From a virus (taxonomy: Duplodnaviria; Caudoviricetes), in IMG/VR virus record IMGVR_UViG_3300043443_000016, positions 1 to 34,924 of that record: a stretch of DNA of 34,924 bases; one strand, 5' to 3'. Shown here one piece after another: positions 1 through 7,549 of the stretch (position 1 is its first letter; each line of letters opens with the position of its first letter). The notes below the pieces were generated by a model that saw only the letters and a list, made by a program, of their open reading frames with translations, made no database searches and had not been told where the DNA came from. The translations under genes were made by a program, and so were the position numbers.

Positions 1-127
1 TACAAGACCTAAATCTGGTAGACTGCATGGAAGTTGCATACGATCAGATTAAGAATCGGAAAGGCATACTATTGCCTAACGGATTGTTTGTTAAAGACTC
101 TACTTAGCAAGTAAGTAAAGACCCACA
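1..127. repeat. Terminal direct repeat, copy 1 (identical to 34798-34924)
   Basis: tacaagacctaaatctgg...aaagacccaca appears at both ends. The 127-nt length matches a common assembler k-mer and the repeat cuts through the MazG ORF, so this is a circular-assembly overlap. Confidence 0.95.
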
Positions 128-243
128 TTACTAAAGGCGTAGCCTGTATATACGATTGCCATATACATGTTACCCTTTAGCGCTTGTTCACCAGCTATAT
201 AAGCGTAGATCAAGCCTGTGATAATGATTAAAGGCGCACTCAA
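100..243 (-). CDS. Small two-helix membrane protein, 47 aa (not in ORF track)
   Basis: Hand translation from TTG: MSAPLIIITGLIYAYIAGEQALKGNMYMAIVYTGYAFSNVGLYLLAK*. The start overlaps the stop of the upstream gene (TTGA) and the ORF fills the gap exactly. Confidence 0.7.
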   Translation of the reverse strand: MSAPLIIITGLIYAYIAGEQALKGNMYMAIVYTGYAFSNVGLYLLAK

Positions 244-1226
244 AATGCACCTACATCAATAACTTCACCACGGAATTCAATCTGGTTTTCGTCAAACTTA
301 TGGACAAGCTCAGGCCACAATAGCTTGCCATTAAAGAAGTTCAATACTGCAAAACCTGATCTGTGGTTACTTGGGTTTAGCTCTCCATAGGTGAACTGTG
401 GGCCATCAGTCTCAGCAAGAGTGCCTGTATCCACGCCATACCTACATCCGTTGTAATCGCTAAATGGCGTAACTTTAAGGCTATGCAAGTGTCCAGTAAC
501 GATTGACACACCAGCGTTTACAGTATTGTTGTGCGTTGCGTGAATACCACCTTTGTATCGGTGTTTAATAACGCACTCAGGAGTAGCCCAGACTGACCAA
601 CAGAACTCCCAATCAGGAATATGGTCTGTCAACTTAAAGCCTTGAACATCTTTAAATTGTGGTGCGTGTTGGGCAAGTCTATTGGCAAACCTTACATCGT
701 GATTGCCAAATGTAAATATCAACTTTACATTGTGTCTCTCAGCTTTAGCTACTTCCTCAATCTCACCAAGCATTGCCTGACAAGCCTTTAACTCTTGGAT
801 AACAGAAGCCTGTGGTAGATCAGTTACATCATGCCTTGATATAGTCGCTCCATCGAAAGCGTCACCATTACATATTACCGCCTTGGGTTTAAGCTCTTGG
901 ATAGCCCATAAAAGCCCTTTAAAGGCTGTTGTTCTTTGGTTGGGTATGAAGTGGGCATCAGAGAAAACAATGACAGTACCATCTAGGATACCAAGGTCTA
1001 TTTGTTTTAAGGGAGAGAAGGACTTTGGCTTCTTAGCATCGTAAGCTAGACCACGATGATCTGCTGCGCCTAGAGTAATCTTGTAGTGTTGCTCAATCCA
1101 CCTTCTACGCAAATGAACAGCTCTAATGTTTATCTTGAGATGTTCTGCCATTCTTGCAGCAGATTCGAGTTGTCCCCACAGTTTAATAAACTCTGTATCT
1201 GAGCAAGTTTCATTATGTGCGCCCAT
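240..1226 (-). CDS. Calcineurin-like metallophosphoesterase with possible N-terminal HTH
   Basis: Motifs FSDAH, NGDAFD, FGNHD, IKH and GHLH occur in canonical order. Confidence 0.9.
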   Translation of the reverse strand: MGAHNETCSDTEFIKLWGQLESAARMAEHLKINIRAVHLRRRWIEQHYKITLGAADHRGLAYDAKKPKSFSPLKQIDLGILDGTVIVFSDAHFIPNQRTTAFKGLLWAIQELKPKAVICNGDAFDGATISRHDVTDLPQASVIQELKACQAMLGEIEEVAKAERHNVKLIFTFGNHDVRFANRLAQHAPQFKDVQGFKLTDHIPDWEFCWSVWATPECVIKHRYKGGIHATHNNTVNAGVSIVTGHLHSLKVTPFSDYNGCRYGVDTGTLAETDGPQFTYGELNPSNHRSGFAVLNFFNGKLLWPELVHKFDENQIEFRGEVIDVGAF

Positions 1227-1587
1227 GAAAGTCCTTAAAGATTAAGTTTTCAAGCAGATTGATGACCCTATGCTCTTGCATTTCAATATCCTCATCTGAG
1301 GACTTTGGGTCTGTAGCAACCATCATTAAATCATGTAGGAATATGTGCAAAAGTTCATGCAAGGCAGTCTTGTCAAGTGACTCAGGCGTAATCTTTTCAG
1401 CACCAAAGTCACCTAACCGATAAACAGCTAATCTAGCAGATTCATTGAACTCCACAGAAGCCATTGCCTGTTTAGCTGGCTTTGTTCCTTTTTCAATTCT
1501 CCAATCCCCCAAACTCAACACTTGTTGCCACTTTTTAACACTCTGTGAGAATAGCTCTGCATCTTGTTGAGTTGGTATGTTAGCCAT
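1213..1587 (-). CDS. HEXXH zincin-like metallopeptidase-domain protein
   Basis: ALHELLHIFLH motif with a downstream EH; overlaps neighbouring genes. Confidence 0.6.
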   Translation of the reverse strand: MANIPTQQDAELFSQSVKKWQQVLSLGDWRIEKGTKPAKQAMASVEFNESARLAVYRLGDFGAEKITPESLDKTALHELLHIFLHDLMMVATDPKSSDEDIEMQEHRVINLLENLIFKDFHGRT

Positions 1588-2179
1588 TTAATATGTCCAA
1601 GGCATGATTGATATGTTTGATTCGGTCATCCAATCCTATCGTGCCTCCGTTAATCTTTTTTGTCATCATCAAAAAATCTGTTCTGTCAGCGTACTGGTTT
1701 AACTTGTGTGTATTCCAGAACCATCCCGCAGTCATAGCAGCATACTTAGGCGTAGCTACTAAATCTGGATTCATAACAAAATCCTCACCGCAAGCCTGAC
1801 CAGCATGAAAATAATTAGCATGACCAGTAAGTTGAATACAGCCACGACCACGAAAACGAAAGCCATCTCCAGACGATTCATCTCTGTTTCCCATTCTGTT
1901 TGCGTAGACTTTATTAGCAATCTTTTTAGGATTCCTAGCGTATTCGTTAGCAATCTCAATTGTTGGAAAACGAGTCTTCCACAATTTCATTAAAGTTTCA
2001 GCTTTATAGTTAAGATTTTCTTCAAGTGTCTTAAAATTACCACACTCATGGCTACATTGACCAATAAATGATGCTTGTTGGATTGGTGTAAGGATATTGA
2101 AACGCTGAAAAGTCTCATTCAATGCGTCAACCCATTGCTCGCCAATGTGCATCTTTTTGAGTTGTTGACTATTGACCAT
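1580..2179 (-). CDS. Endolysin, glycoside hydrolase family 19 (chitinase-like)
   Basis: FIGQCSHECG, ENLNY, FRGRGCIQLTG and TKKINGG motifs; adjacent to spanins. Confidence 0.93.
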   Translation of the reverse strand: MVNSQQLKKMHIGEQWVDALNETFQRFNILTPIQQASFIGQCSHECGNFKTLEENLNYKAETLMKLWKTRFPTIEIANEYARNPKKIANKVYANRMGNRDESSGDGFRFRGRGCIQLTGHANYFHAGQACGEDFVMNPDLVATPKYAAMTAGWFWNTHKLNQYADRTDFLMMTKKINGGTIGLDDRIKHINHALDILNG

Positions 2180-2639
2180 TTATTAGATTCCTTACTTCGT
2201 TGTAGGCTGCGACACAGGCGTTGAGTTTTGTGATTGCTTTGTCTCCTTCGGCTGCGATGTCGATAAGAGTTGCAATAGTCTGTCGCTCAAGTTCGCTTGC
2301 ATCGGGTTGCTCGGGTCTGCTATCTCCAGAGGCAGGGGTGGCACTTGGGCTGGCTTGTGGACAACTTGTGGTTGGGAGGCGCAACCTACCAGTACGAGCA
2401 AGCTCGTGCATAGCAGACTGTTTTTTAGCAATGTCATCTTGTGCCTTTCTCAGTTTAGTCTCTTGTTCTGATAGCTTGGAAGTCATGTTCTTTTCTAACT
2501 CCCTAGCCTCCTCATTCTTTTTAGCAATGGCAATCTTCATGTCGTTATCACGCTCTAGCCATCCATAATGATGACCCACTCGGTATGTACCAAAGAGGGA
2601 TACTAAAACACCAACAATTAACCAAGGCATAGGAATCAT
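2169..2639 (-). CDS. Rz: Inner-membrane spanin (Rz-like)
   Basis: N-terminal TM helix, coiled coil, C-terminal 'AEGDKAITKLNAC'; contains a nested lipoprotein ORF. Confidence 0.85.
   Translation of the reverse strand: MIPMPWLIVGVLVSLFGTYRVGHHYGWLERDNDMKIAIAKKNEEARELEKNMTSKLSEQETKLRKAQDDIAKKQSAMHELARTGRLRLPTTSCPQASPSATPASGDSRPEQPDASELERQTIATLIDIAAEGDKAITKLNACVAAYNEVRNLINGQ
2192..2437 (-). CDS. Rz1: Outer-membrane spanin lipoprotein (Rz1-like), fully nested in Rz
   Basis: Signal peptide with lipobox LVGC followed by a Pro-rich region (PAQVPPLP), in an alternate frame inside Rz. Confidence 0.85.
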   Translation of the reverse strand: MTLLKNSLLCTSLLVLVGCASQPQVVHKPAQVPPLPLEIADPSNPMQANLSDRLLQLLSTSQPKETKQSQNSTPVSQPTTK

Positions 2640-3172
2640 TAGTCAGCCTCTTTTCTTGCTTGTGCAATTTCCTCACGCTCATTGTCATCCTCAAGATGCT
2701 CTGGAGGCGTAGTAGGTGGTGGTGGTGGAGTCCATGACTCATCTAGCTCTGGATTCTTCCAAACTGGCATTGCACCAAATGGCTGACTAGGCAAACCATA
2801 AGACGATTGTGGTGGCGCATAAGATGAGCCATAGGACGCATTATTTCCATAGCAACTAGGTTGCATCATCTGGGGTGGTGTTTGAGGCTTAAAAGCGTTT
2901 GCAGCAGCCCCTACAGCCCTTTTACTCATCACGCCACCAATGCCACCAACAATCAACAAAACAATGTCGTTGAGCATCTTGGTGTAGGCTTGATCTATCG
3001 GGGCCATACTCTTAATAGGCTGAGTCACAAAAGTAACCGAGTAGAGCAAAGCCACAACAATAAAGCAAAGAATCAAAGTAACTGCAACAACTACAAAGCC
3101 CCAGATACGGACTTCAATGTCTTCAGTTGTTAGGCTTGTTTTCTGGTTGGACATCATTGACCTTTTTCTCAA
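2639..3172 (-). CDS. Two-TM membrane protein with Pro-rich acidic tail (holin/lysis-accessory candidate); true start probably 3154-3157
   Basis: Two hydrophobic helices (IWGFVVVAVTLILCFIVVALLYSV; IVLLIVGGIGGVM); lies in the lysis module. Confidence 0.6.
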   Translation of the reverse strand: MRKRSMMSNQKTSLTTEDIEVRIWGFVVVAVTLILCFIVVALLYSVTFVTQPIKSMAPIDQAYTKMLNDIVLLIVGGIGGVMSKRAVGAAANAFKPQTPPQMMQPSCYGNNASYGSSYAPPQSSYGLPSQPFGAMPVWKNPELDESWTPPPPPTTPPEHLEDDNEREEIAQARKEAD

Positions 3173-3338
3173 GAATTGGTGCTACCAAGTATTCTGGGCA
3201 TTGCTGAGTAAACAAGCACTTAGGCTTTTGACATTCTTCTGCATGGAAGTAGTCTGGGTTTTGGCATTTATATCTGTATCTGTCTTCAAAGCATCCAGAC
3301 AAAGTAGTTAACAGCAATAACAAAAGCAAATATCTCAT
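3123..3338 (-). CDS. Small Cys-rich lipoprotein
   Basis: MRYLLLLLLLTTLSG|C lipobox plus four further Cys residues. Confidence 0.8.
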   Translation of the reverse strand: MRYLLLLLLLTTLSGCFEDRYRYKCQNPDYFHAEECQKPKCLFTQQCPEYLVAPILEKKVNDVQPENKPNN

Positions 3339-3511
3339 ACCATTACATCCACTTGTGAAGCCTTAACCCAATGGGTTTTGATCTCTTGGGCTTTCTGTTG
3401 TTGGTCTGCTTGTCTGTTCAACTCCGCTAACCTTGCCATATTCTGTTGGTGGATCACCCGATGAGCCTCCCAAAGCATCCTTGCATTTTGTTGGTAAGTT
3501 GTTATTTTCAT
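3335..3511 (-). CDS. Hypothetical protein, 58 aa (not in ORF track)
   Basis: MKITTYQQNARMLWEAHRVIHQQNMARLAELNRQADQQQKAQEIKTHWVKASQVDVMV*; ATGA overlaps at both ends. Confidence 0.7.
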   Translation of the reverse strand: MKITTYQQNARMLWEAHRVIHQQNMARLAELNRQADQQQKAQEIKTHWVKASQVDVMV

Positions 3512-3657
3512 AACCCAATCTTCCCCAATAGAAGTGCCACAATTTTGTTTGATAAGTCATCAGGTAAAAACTTCAGAAAACCTAAAAACCACCAAGCAAC
3601 ACACCCATAAATGAACACCTTTAGAAACATATCAAACTGTTTCTGGTACTCGTTCAT
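3508..3657 (-). CDS. Small membrane protein, 49 aa (not in ORF track)
   Basis: MNEYQKQFDMFLKVFIYGCVAWWFLGFLKFLPDDLSNKIVALLLGKIGL*; ATGA overlaps at both ends. Confidence 0.7.
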   Translation of the reverse strand: MNEYQKQFDMFLKVFIYGCVAWWFLGFLKFLPDDLSNKIVALLLGKIGL

Positions 3658-4148
3658 CTTCCGCACCCACCTTTAGGACACAGGCTTGTTAATTCGTTGA
3701 TGCCGATAAACACCAAAAGGATTACAAAAGCAACGCCACCAATGATGATTGCCCACTCTTGCATTTCCTCTTCTTTTTGCTTGGCTTTCTTTTCAGCGGC
3801 TCTCAAAGCAGCCATCTCTTTAGCATCATCCCTATCCATCTCGGCTTGACGCTCTTTGATCTTGTTCCAGACATCAATCTTTCCTGTCTGCATGAACAAC
3901 ATCTTGAGTTCTTCCTCAAACGCTCTGGCTTGCTCTAGCGCCATCTCGATCTGTAGAGCCGCACCCATGTTTGAACCACGCTTTTCACGCTTGGCTTCAA
4001 TCATCGCTTTAGTAGCAGCACTCTTGGCATCAAACATCTTGCCAATCATCGGGGCAAGACCGCCTAAATCATTGGCTACCTTACTAGCCTTTTTAACCAT
4101 TGAGATGGCGTTCTGTAAGCCATTTAATGCCGAGATGGGGTCGATCAT
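3654..4148 (-). CDS. Coiled-coil protein with C-terminal TM anchor
   Basis: Charged helical body followed by WAIIIGGVAFVILLVFIGI. Confidence 0.75.
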   Translation of the reverse strand: MIDPISALNGLQNAISMVKKASKVANDLGGLAPMIGKMFDAKSAATKAMIEAKREKRGSNMGAALQIEMALEQARAFEEELKMLFMQTGKIDVWNKIKERQAEMDRDDAKEMAALRAAEKKAKQKEEEMQEWAIIIGGVAFVILLVFIGINELTSLCPKGGCGR

Positions 4149-4267
4149 TTTTTATCTACCTTTTTCCATTCAATACAGTAGACCTTTCTGTTGAAAGCGT
4201 GTCCAACCCAAGCCCACTTTACACACCTGTATTCAATAGATACAGCCAATAAAAACTCTAGTACCAT
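4145..4267 (-). CDS. Hypothetical 40-aa protein with two Cys (not in ORF track)
   Basis: MVLEFLLAVSIEYRCVKWAWVGHAFNRKVYCIEWKKVDKK*; stop overlaps the next ATG. Confidence 0.55.
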   Translation of the reverse strand: MVLEFLLAVSIEYRCVKWAWVGHAFNRKVYCIEWKKVDKK

Positions 4268-4350
4268 GCCCACACAATTGTGTAAACACACCAAACAATA
4301 GTTATGCAAAAAAGGACTGCGCTAGTAAAAGCTAACAGCCAATCTTTCAT
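4258..4350 (-). CDS. Single-TM peptide, 30 aa (not in ORF track)
   Basis: MKDWLLAFTSAVLFCITIVWCVYTIVWAWY*; ATGA overlap with the upstream gene. Confidence 0.55.
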   Translation of the reverse strand: MKDWLLAFTSAVLFCITIVWCVYTIVWAWY

Positions 4351-4574
4351 TTTTTAATCCATGTCTGCCAGATAGCGCCAGCAGCAACAATTAACCCACC
4401 AATCCACAAAACTGGTTGTGCAATAGAAGCAACCCAGTTAAGAACCTTTACAGCACCCTTGGCAGCATTGATAGCGTCTACTAGGTCTTTGGTGTTCTTA
4501 TCTATTTCGTCAACTTTAGCCTCTACTGCTAAAAGCCTGCTATAGATTTGCTCATGGGTTACTTGATCTGTCAT
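4347..4574 (-). CDS. Small coiled-coil plus C-terminal TM protein (holin/antiholin-like candidate)
   Basis: RLLAVEAKVDEID coiled coil, then a hydrophobic C-terminus; first gene after the tail module. Confidence 0.6.
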   Translation of the reverse strand: MTDQVTHEQIYSRLLAVEAKVDEIDKNTKDLVDAINAAKGAVKVLNWVASIAQPVLWIGGLIVAAGAIWQTWIKK

Positions 4575-4867
4575 GGCATACCACCAATAGAGTCAGCACC
4601 ATTTCCGTAGTCAATGGTAATTGTTTCAATAGGCTCTGGACGAGTCTCAACAGTAACTGTGTAGACAACACCATTCTCTTGATAAGCAGAGCAACCTACG
4701 AGCATTTGAGTAGCTCTGTCATGCTCTTTGAATGTGCTGACCTTTAGACAACCATTCTCAGTAAAGAAGTCATCATTGGGGCCACTCACAGGGAATGATG
4801 TATTAGGAAACAAATCACGATAGTGTCCTACTGTAATAGTTCCATTTTCTAGTTTAGCAATGTTCAT
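4571..4867 (-). CDS. Tail-fibre-associated protein (chaperone/assembly candidate)
   Basis: Directly downstream of the LamG fibre; LFPNTSFP motif; 98 aa. Confidence 0.5.
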   Translation of the reverse strand: MNIAKLENGTITVGHYRDLFPNTSFPVSGPNDDFFTENGCLKVSTFKEHDRATQMLVGCSAYQENGVVYTVTVETRPEPIETITIDYGNGADSIGGMP

Positions 4868-4869
4868 GT

Positions 4870-6873
4870 TTATCCTTTATCTGGGAAAGCTGCTGTAGGA
4901 ACACTAAAGTTAGCCGTGTACCGAGCCACGCCTTTGGTGATGCGTAGGTCGTCTATGTAGCCGTTGAGGTAGCCGTTTGCTATGGCATCAAAAGCAGTTC
5001 CAATACACCAACTTGGGCCAACACCGTTTAATGCGCCAGAAAATGAGTATGTGCCGTTAGCCACGCCATTTACATAAAGTGTAATTACTCCGCCATTACG
5101 AACAACAGCAAGATGCACCCAAGTGTTATACACAATTGAGTCTGTGCTCTGAATTACTGGGAAGCTAGCGCCATTTACACCAACCTGATATTTAGAAGTA
5201 TCTCCAGAGCTGTGTCCAGCAAACAATGATAAAGCGCTAGTTGTGTAGCTATTGTAATTACCCCAAACACACGGATACGCTGAAACTCTAGAAACTAAAT
5301 TTGTCCAACATTCAACAGTAAAATTACCAGTTCCAAATTGCAAATTAGGTGTTAATGGTGTTGTCAGATAATCACCACTTCCATCAAAATACAATGAGCC
5401 AGTACCATACTTCTTAACGCTTGTAGAAATCTGTGCGTTACCCACAGTTTCTAAGTCGTTCATCATGGCGTTGTCTAAGATGCCAGCGTTGGTGAAGTTG
5501 GTCAGCAGTTGAGTATTTGTTACTGCTGTCAGAGGAGTTGTTGGTACTGTCAAGGTTGATGCTGTTGGGTCATACACAGCAGTACCCTTTACCACTCTTG
5601 CATTTGAAATATAACCATTTAAATTAGATTCGGCAAATCTGACTGTGTTACCACCTAAACCAACACTACAGTTTGAGGCGGGAAGTAATGAACTGGTTGT
5701 AGTTGCAACTCTTGTTCCATTAAGAAATAACGATCTATTTGTTCCATTTGAAACTAAACAAATATGCAACCATTGATTATCTTTTCCAGCTAATACTCCT
5801 GAGCCAACTAATATAGACCCTGTTCCAAACAAATTAACATCTAAATCATTATTACCAGTTCCAGTAGCAACAATGCCAACTGTTGTAGAAGTTCCTTCAA
5901 AAACTATTGTTCTAGTTCCAGCAACCCGTGAAATAAAATATACATATAACTCGACAGTATAGCTACCACCTTCTAAATTGAAGTTTGCGCTTGATGGGGC
6001 TTGAAGGTTATCCCCACTACCATCAAAGTACCCAGAGCCACCAATCACGCTTGTGGAGTAGGCGGATGTAGGGCTAAACGGACTGAAGCGTTGGACGCTT
6101 GGTGTGCCACCAATACTAAGTGTGTATGCGTTGGTGCTGTTGTCAATAAATCGGTTTGATTGCAAAGTTAACAGTTGTGTCCCTGTTATAGCAGTTAAGT
6201 TTGTTATGCTTGGTGTAAATGTAGTTGTGTAAACAGCAGTATTTGTAACACGCAAGTTACTTGCATAACCTATGTAATATGATGTTGAGTTATATCCATC
6301 ATTAAAAAACAAAGTAGTAATTGCTGTAGGAGTTCCAAATCCAGTAAATGTAGCTTCATTAACTCCATTTACATAAGCCTTAACAGTACCACTACTTAAA
6401 ACAAATGCTACATGATTCCATTGACCATTACATATATTTGTAGTTCCACTCTGCAATGTTCCACCTTGGAAAATAGCTATCGTACCTGTACTACTATTTA
6501 TACCTAATACTGTTCTTGCTGAAAAACCACCTCCAGTATTTATGTATTGAGCGGCTAAGGTAACAAACTGCGCTGTATTTGTGGTATTAATCCACATCTC
6601 TACAGTCCATGCAGAAGCGTCTAAGAATCTAGTAGAACCTACATTAAAATATGAAGACCCATTTAAATATGAACTCCAATTACTACCATAAGGACTGAAT
6701 GTTCCTTGTGTTGTATTTCCGTTACGAGTAATCGTAAAGTTATTTGTGGATGAGTCTACAAATGTATTGTTCTGTGCGCCATTAGTCCCATCACCATGCA
6801 ACAACATAGTGACATAGTTAAATTGTGCGTCAGTTGGTGTTGCGCCTGAGACTGCTTTTCCTGCTGCAAACAT
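4870..6873 (-). CDS. Tail fibre/receptor-binding protein with three concanavalin-A-like (LamG) domains
   Basis: Three repeats of (W/Y/F)TVE..W.H...V......(Y/F).NG...GY(A/I)(S/D)(N/D).R(V/I); two YFDGSGD motifs. Confidence 0.88.
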   Translation of the reverse strand: MFAAGKAVSGATPTDAQFNYVTMLLHGDGTNGAQNNTFVDSSTNNFTITRNGNTTQGTFSPYGSNWSSYLNGSSYFNVGSTRFLDASAWTVEMWINTTNTAQFVTLAAQYINTGGGFSARTVLGINSSTGTIAIFQGGTLQSGTTNICNGQWNHVAFVLSSGTVKAYVNGVNEATFTGFGTPTAITTLFFNDGYNSTSYYIGYASNLRVTNTAVYTTTFTPSITNLTAITGTQLLTLQSNRFIDNSTNAYTLSIGGTPSVQRFSPFSPTSAYSTSVIGGSGYFDGSGDNLQAPSSANFNLEGGSYTVELYVYFISRVAGTRTIVFEGTSTTVGIVATGTGNNDLDVNLFGTGSILVGSGVLAGKDNQWLHICLVSNGTNRSLFLNGTRVATTTSSLLPASNCSVGLGGNTVRFAESNLNGYISNARVVKGTAVYDPTASTLTVPTTPLTAVTNTQLLTNFTNAGILDNAMMNDLETVGNAQISTSVKKYGTGSLYFDGSGDYLTTPLTPNLQFGTGNFTVECWTNLVSRVSAYPCVWGNYNSYTTSALSLFAGHSSGDTSKYQVGVNGASFPVIQSTDSIVYNTWVHLAVVRNGGVITLYVNGVANGTYSFSGALNGVGPSWCIGTAFDAIANGYLNGYIDDLRITKGVARYTANFSVPTAAFPDKG

Positions 6874-6883
6874 AAATCAGTCC

Positions 6884-7546
6884 TTAAGGTGTGAAGTTCT
6901 GTCCGACTACTGTGCCATACCAATTTGTACCATCAGCAAAGAAGCTGAAAATATCTTGCCTAGATGCTGTGCCTGTAATTGTAGGTGCTGTACCACCAGC
7001 CCACTTAACTGTAGACCAAGTAACTGTGCGTGAGCCTGTTGCATCTTGCTTCAAAAGCAGAATGAAAGACTTGCCAGCAGTTGCTGTTGGCATTGTCACA
7101 GTCGCATTGCCTGTCAATGTAATGATCTGAACAGTACCATTAGCTAAGTCAAGAGTAATAGCTGTACTTGAGTTAGCTGTGTAGGCAGTCTCAACATAGT
7201 TAGTTACTGTTGGGTTTGTCAGAACAGGAGTTGTCAAAGTCTTGTTTGTCAGAGTCTGAGTATCTGTAGTTCCAACAATATTACCGCTAGGTGCAGTCAC
7301 AGCACTAAACGCTGATGTGCCGTTACCCTTAACAATGCCTGTCAGAGTACCTACACCAGTACCACCAGCAGAAACTGCTGTGTAGTCGCCAGATGTACCT
7401 GCTTGCCAGTCTTTAATCTGGCTCATCATCTCACGGATAGCATCGTTAATGCCAGAAGGCGCACAGCCCTCTGCGATATTGATACCATCAATGTCTGTGT
7501 TGTTTGCTGGAGTTGCACTCCACTCCGAGATTTTCGTCTTTGCCAT
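6884..7546 (-). CDS. Tail fibre/spike proximal protein
   Basis: N-terminal INIAEGCAPSGINDAIRE anchor-like segment, TQTLTNKTL motif, and C-terminal beta domain (QDATGSRTVTW). Confidence 0.75.
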   Translation of the reverse strand: MAKTKISEWSATPANNTDIDGINIAEGCAPSGINDAIREMMSQIKDWQAGTSGDYTAVSAGGTGVGTLTGIVKGNGTSAFSAVTAPSGNIVGTTDTQTLTNKTLTTPVLTNPTVTNYVETAYTANSSTAITLDLANGTVQIITLTGNATVTMPTATAGKSFILLLKQDATGSRTVTWSTVKWAGGTAPTITGTASRQDIFSFFADGTNWYGTVVGQNFTP

Positions 7547-7549
7547 GTT

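Noticed and set aside
1-127. Biological terminal repeat of the virion DNA
   Set aside because: The length equals a standard assembly k-mer and the repeat interrupts a gene, so a circular-contig overlap explains it better.
3363-3560. 65-aa ORF from the track
   Set aside because: It overlaps two better ORFs (3335-3511 and 3508-3657) that tile the region with ATGA coupling.
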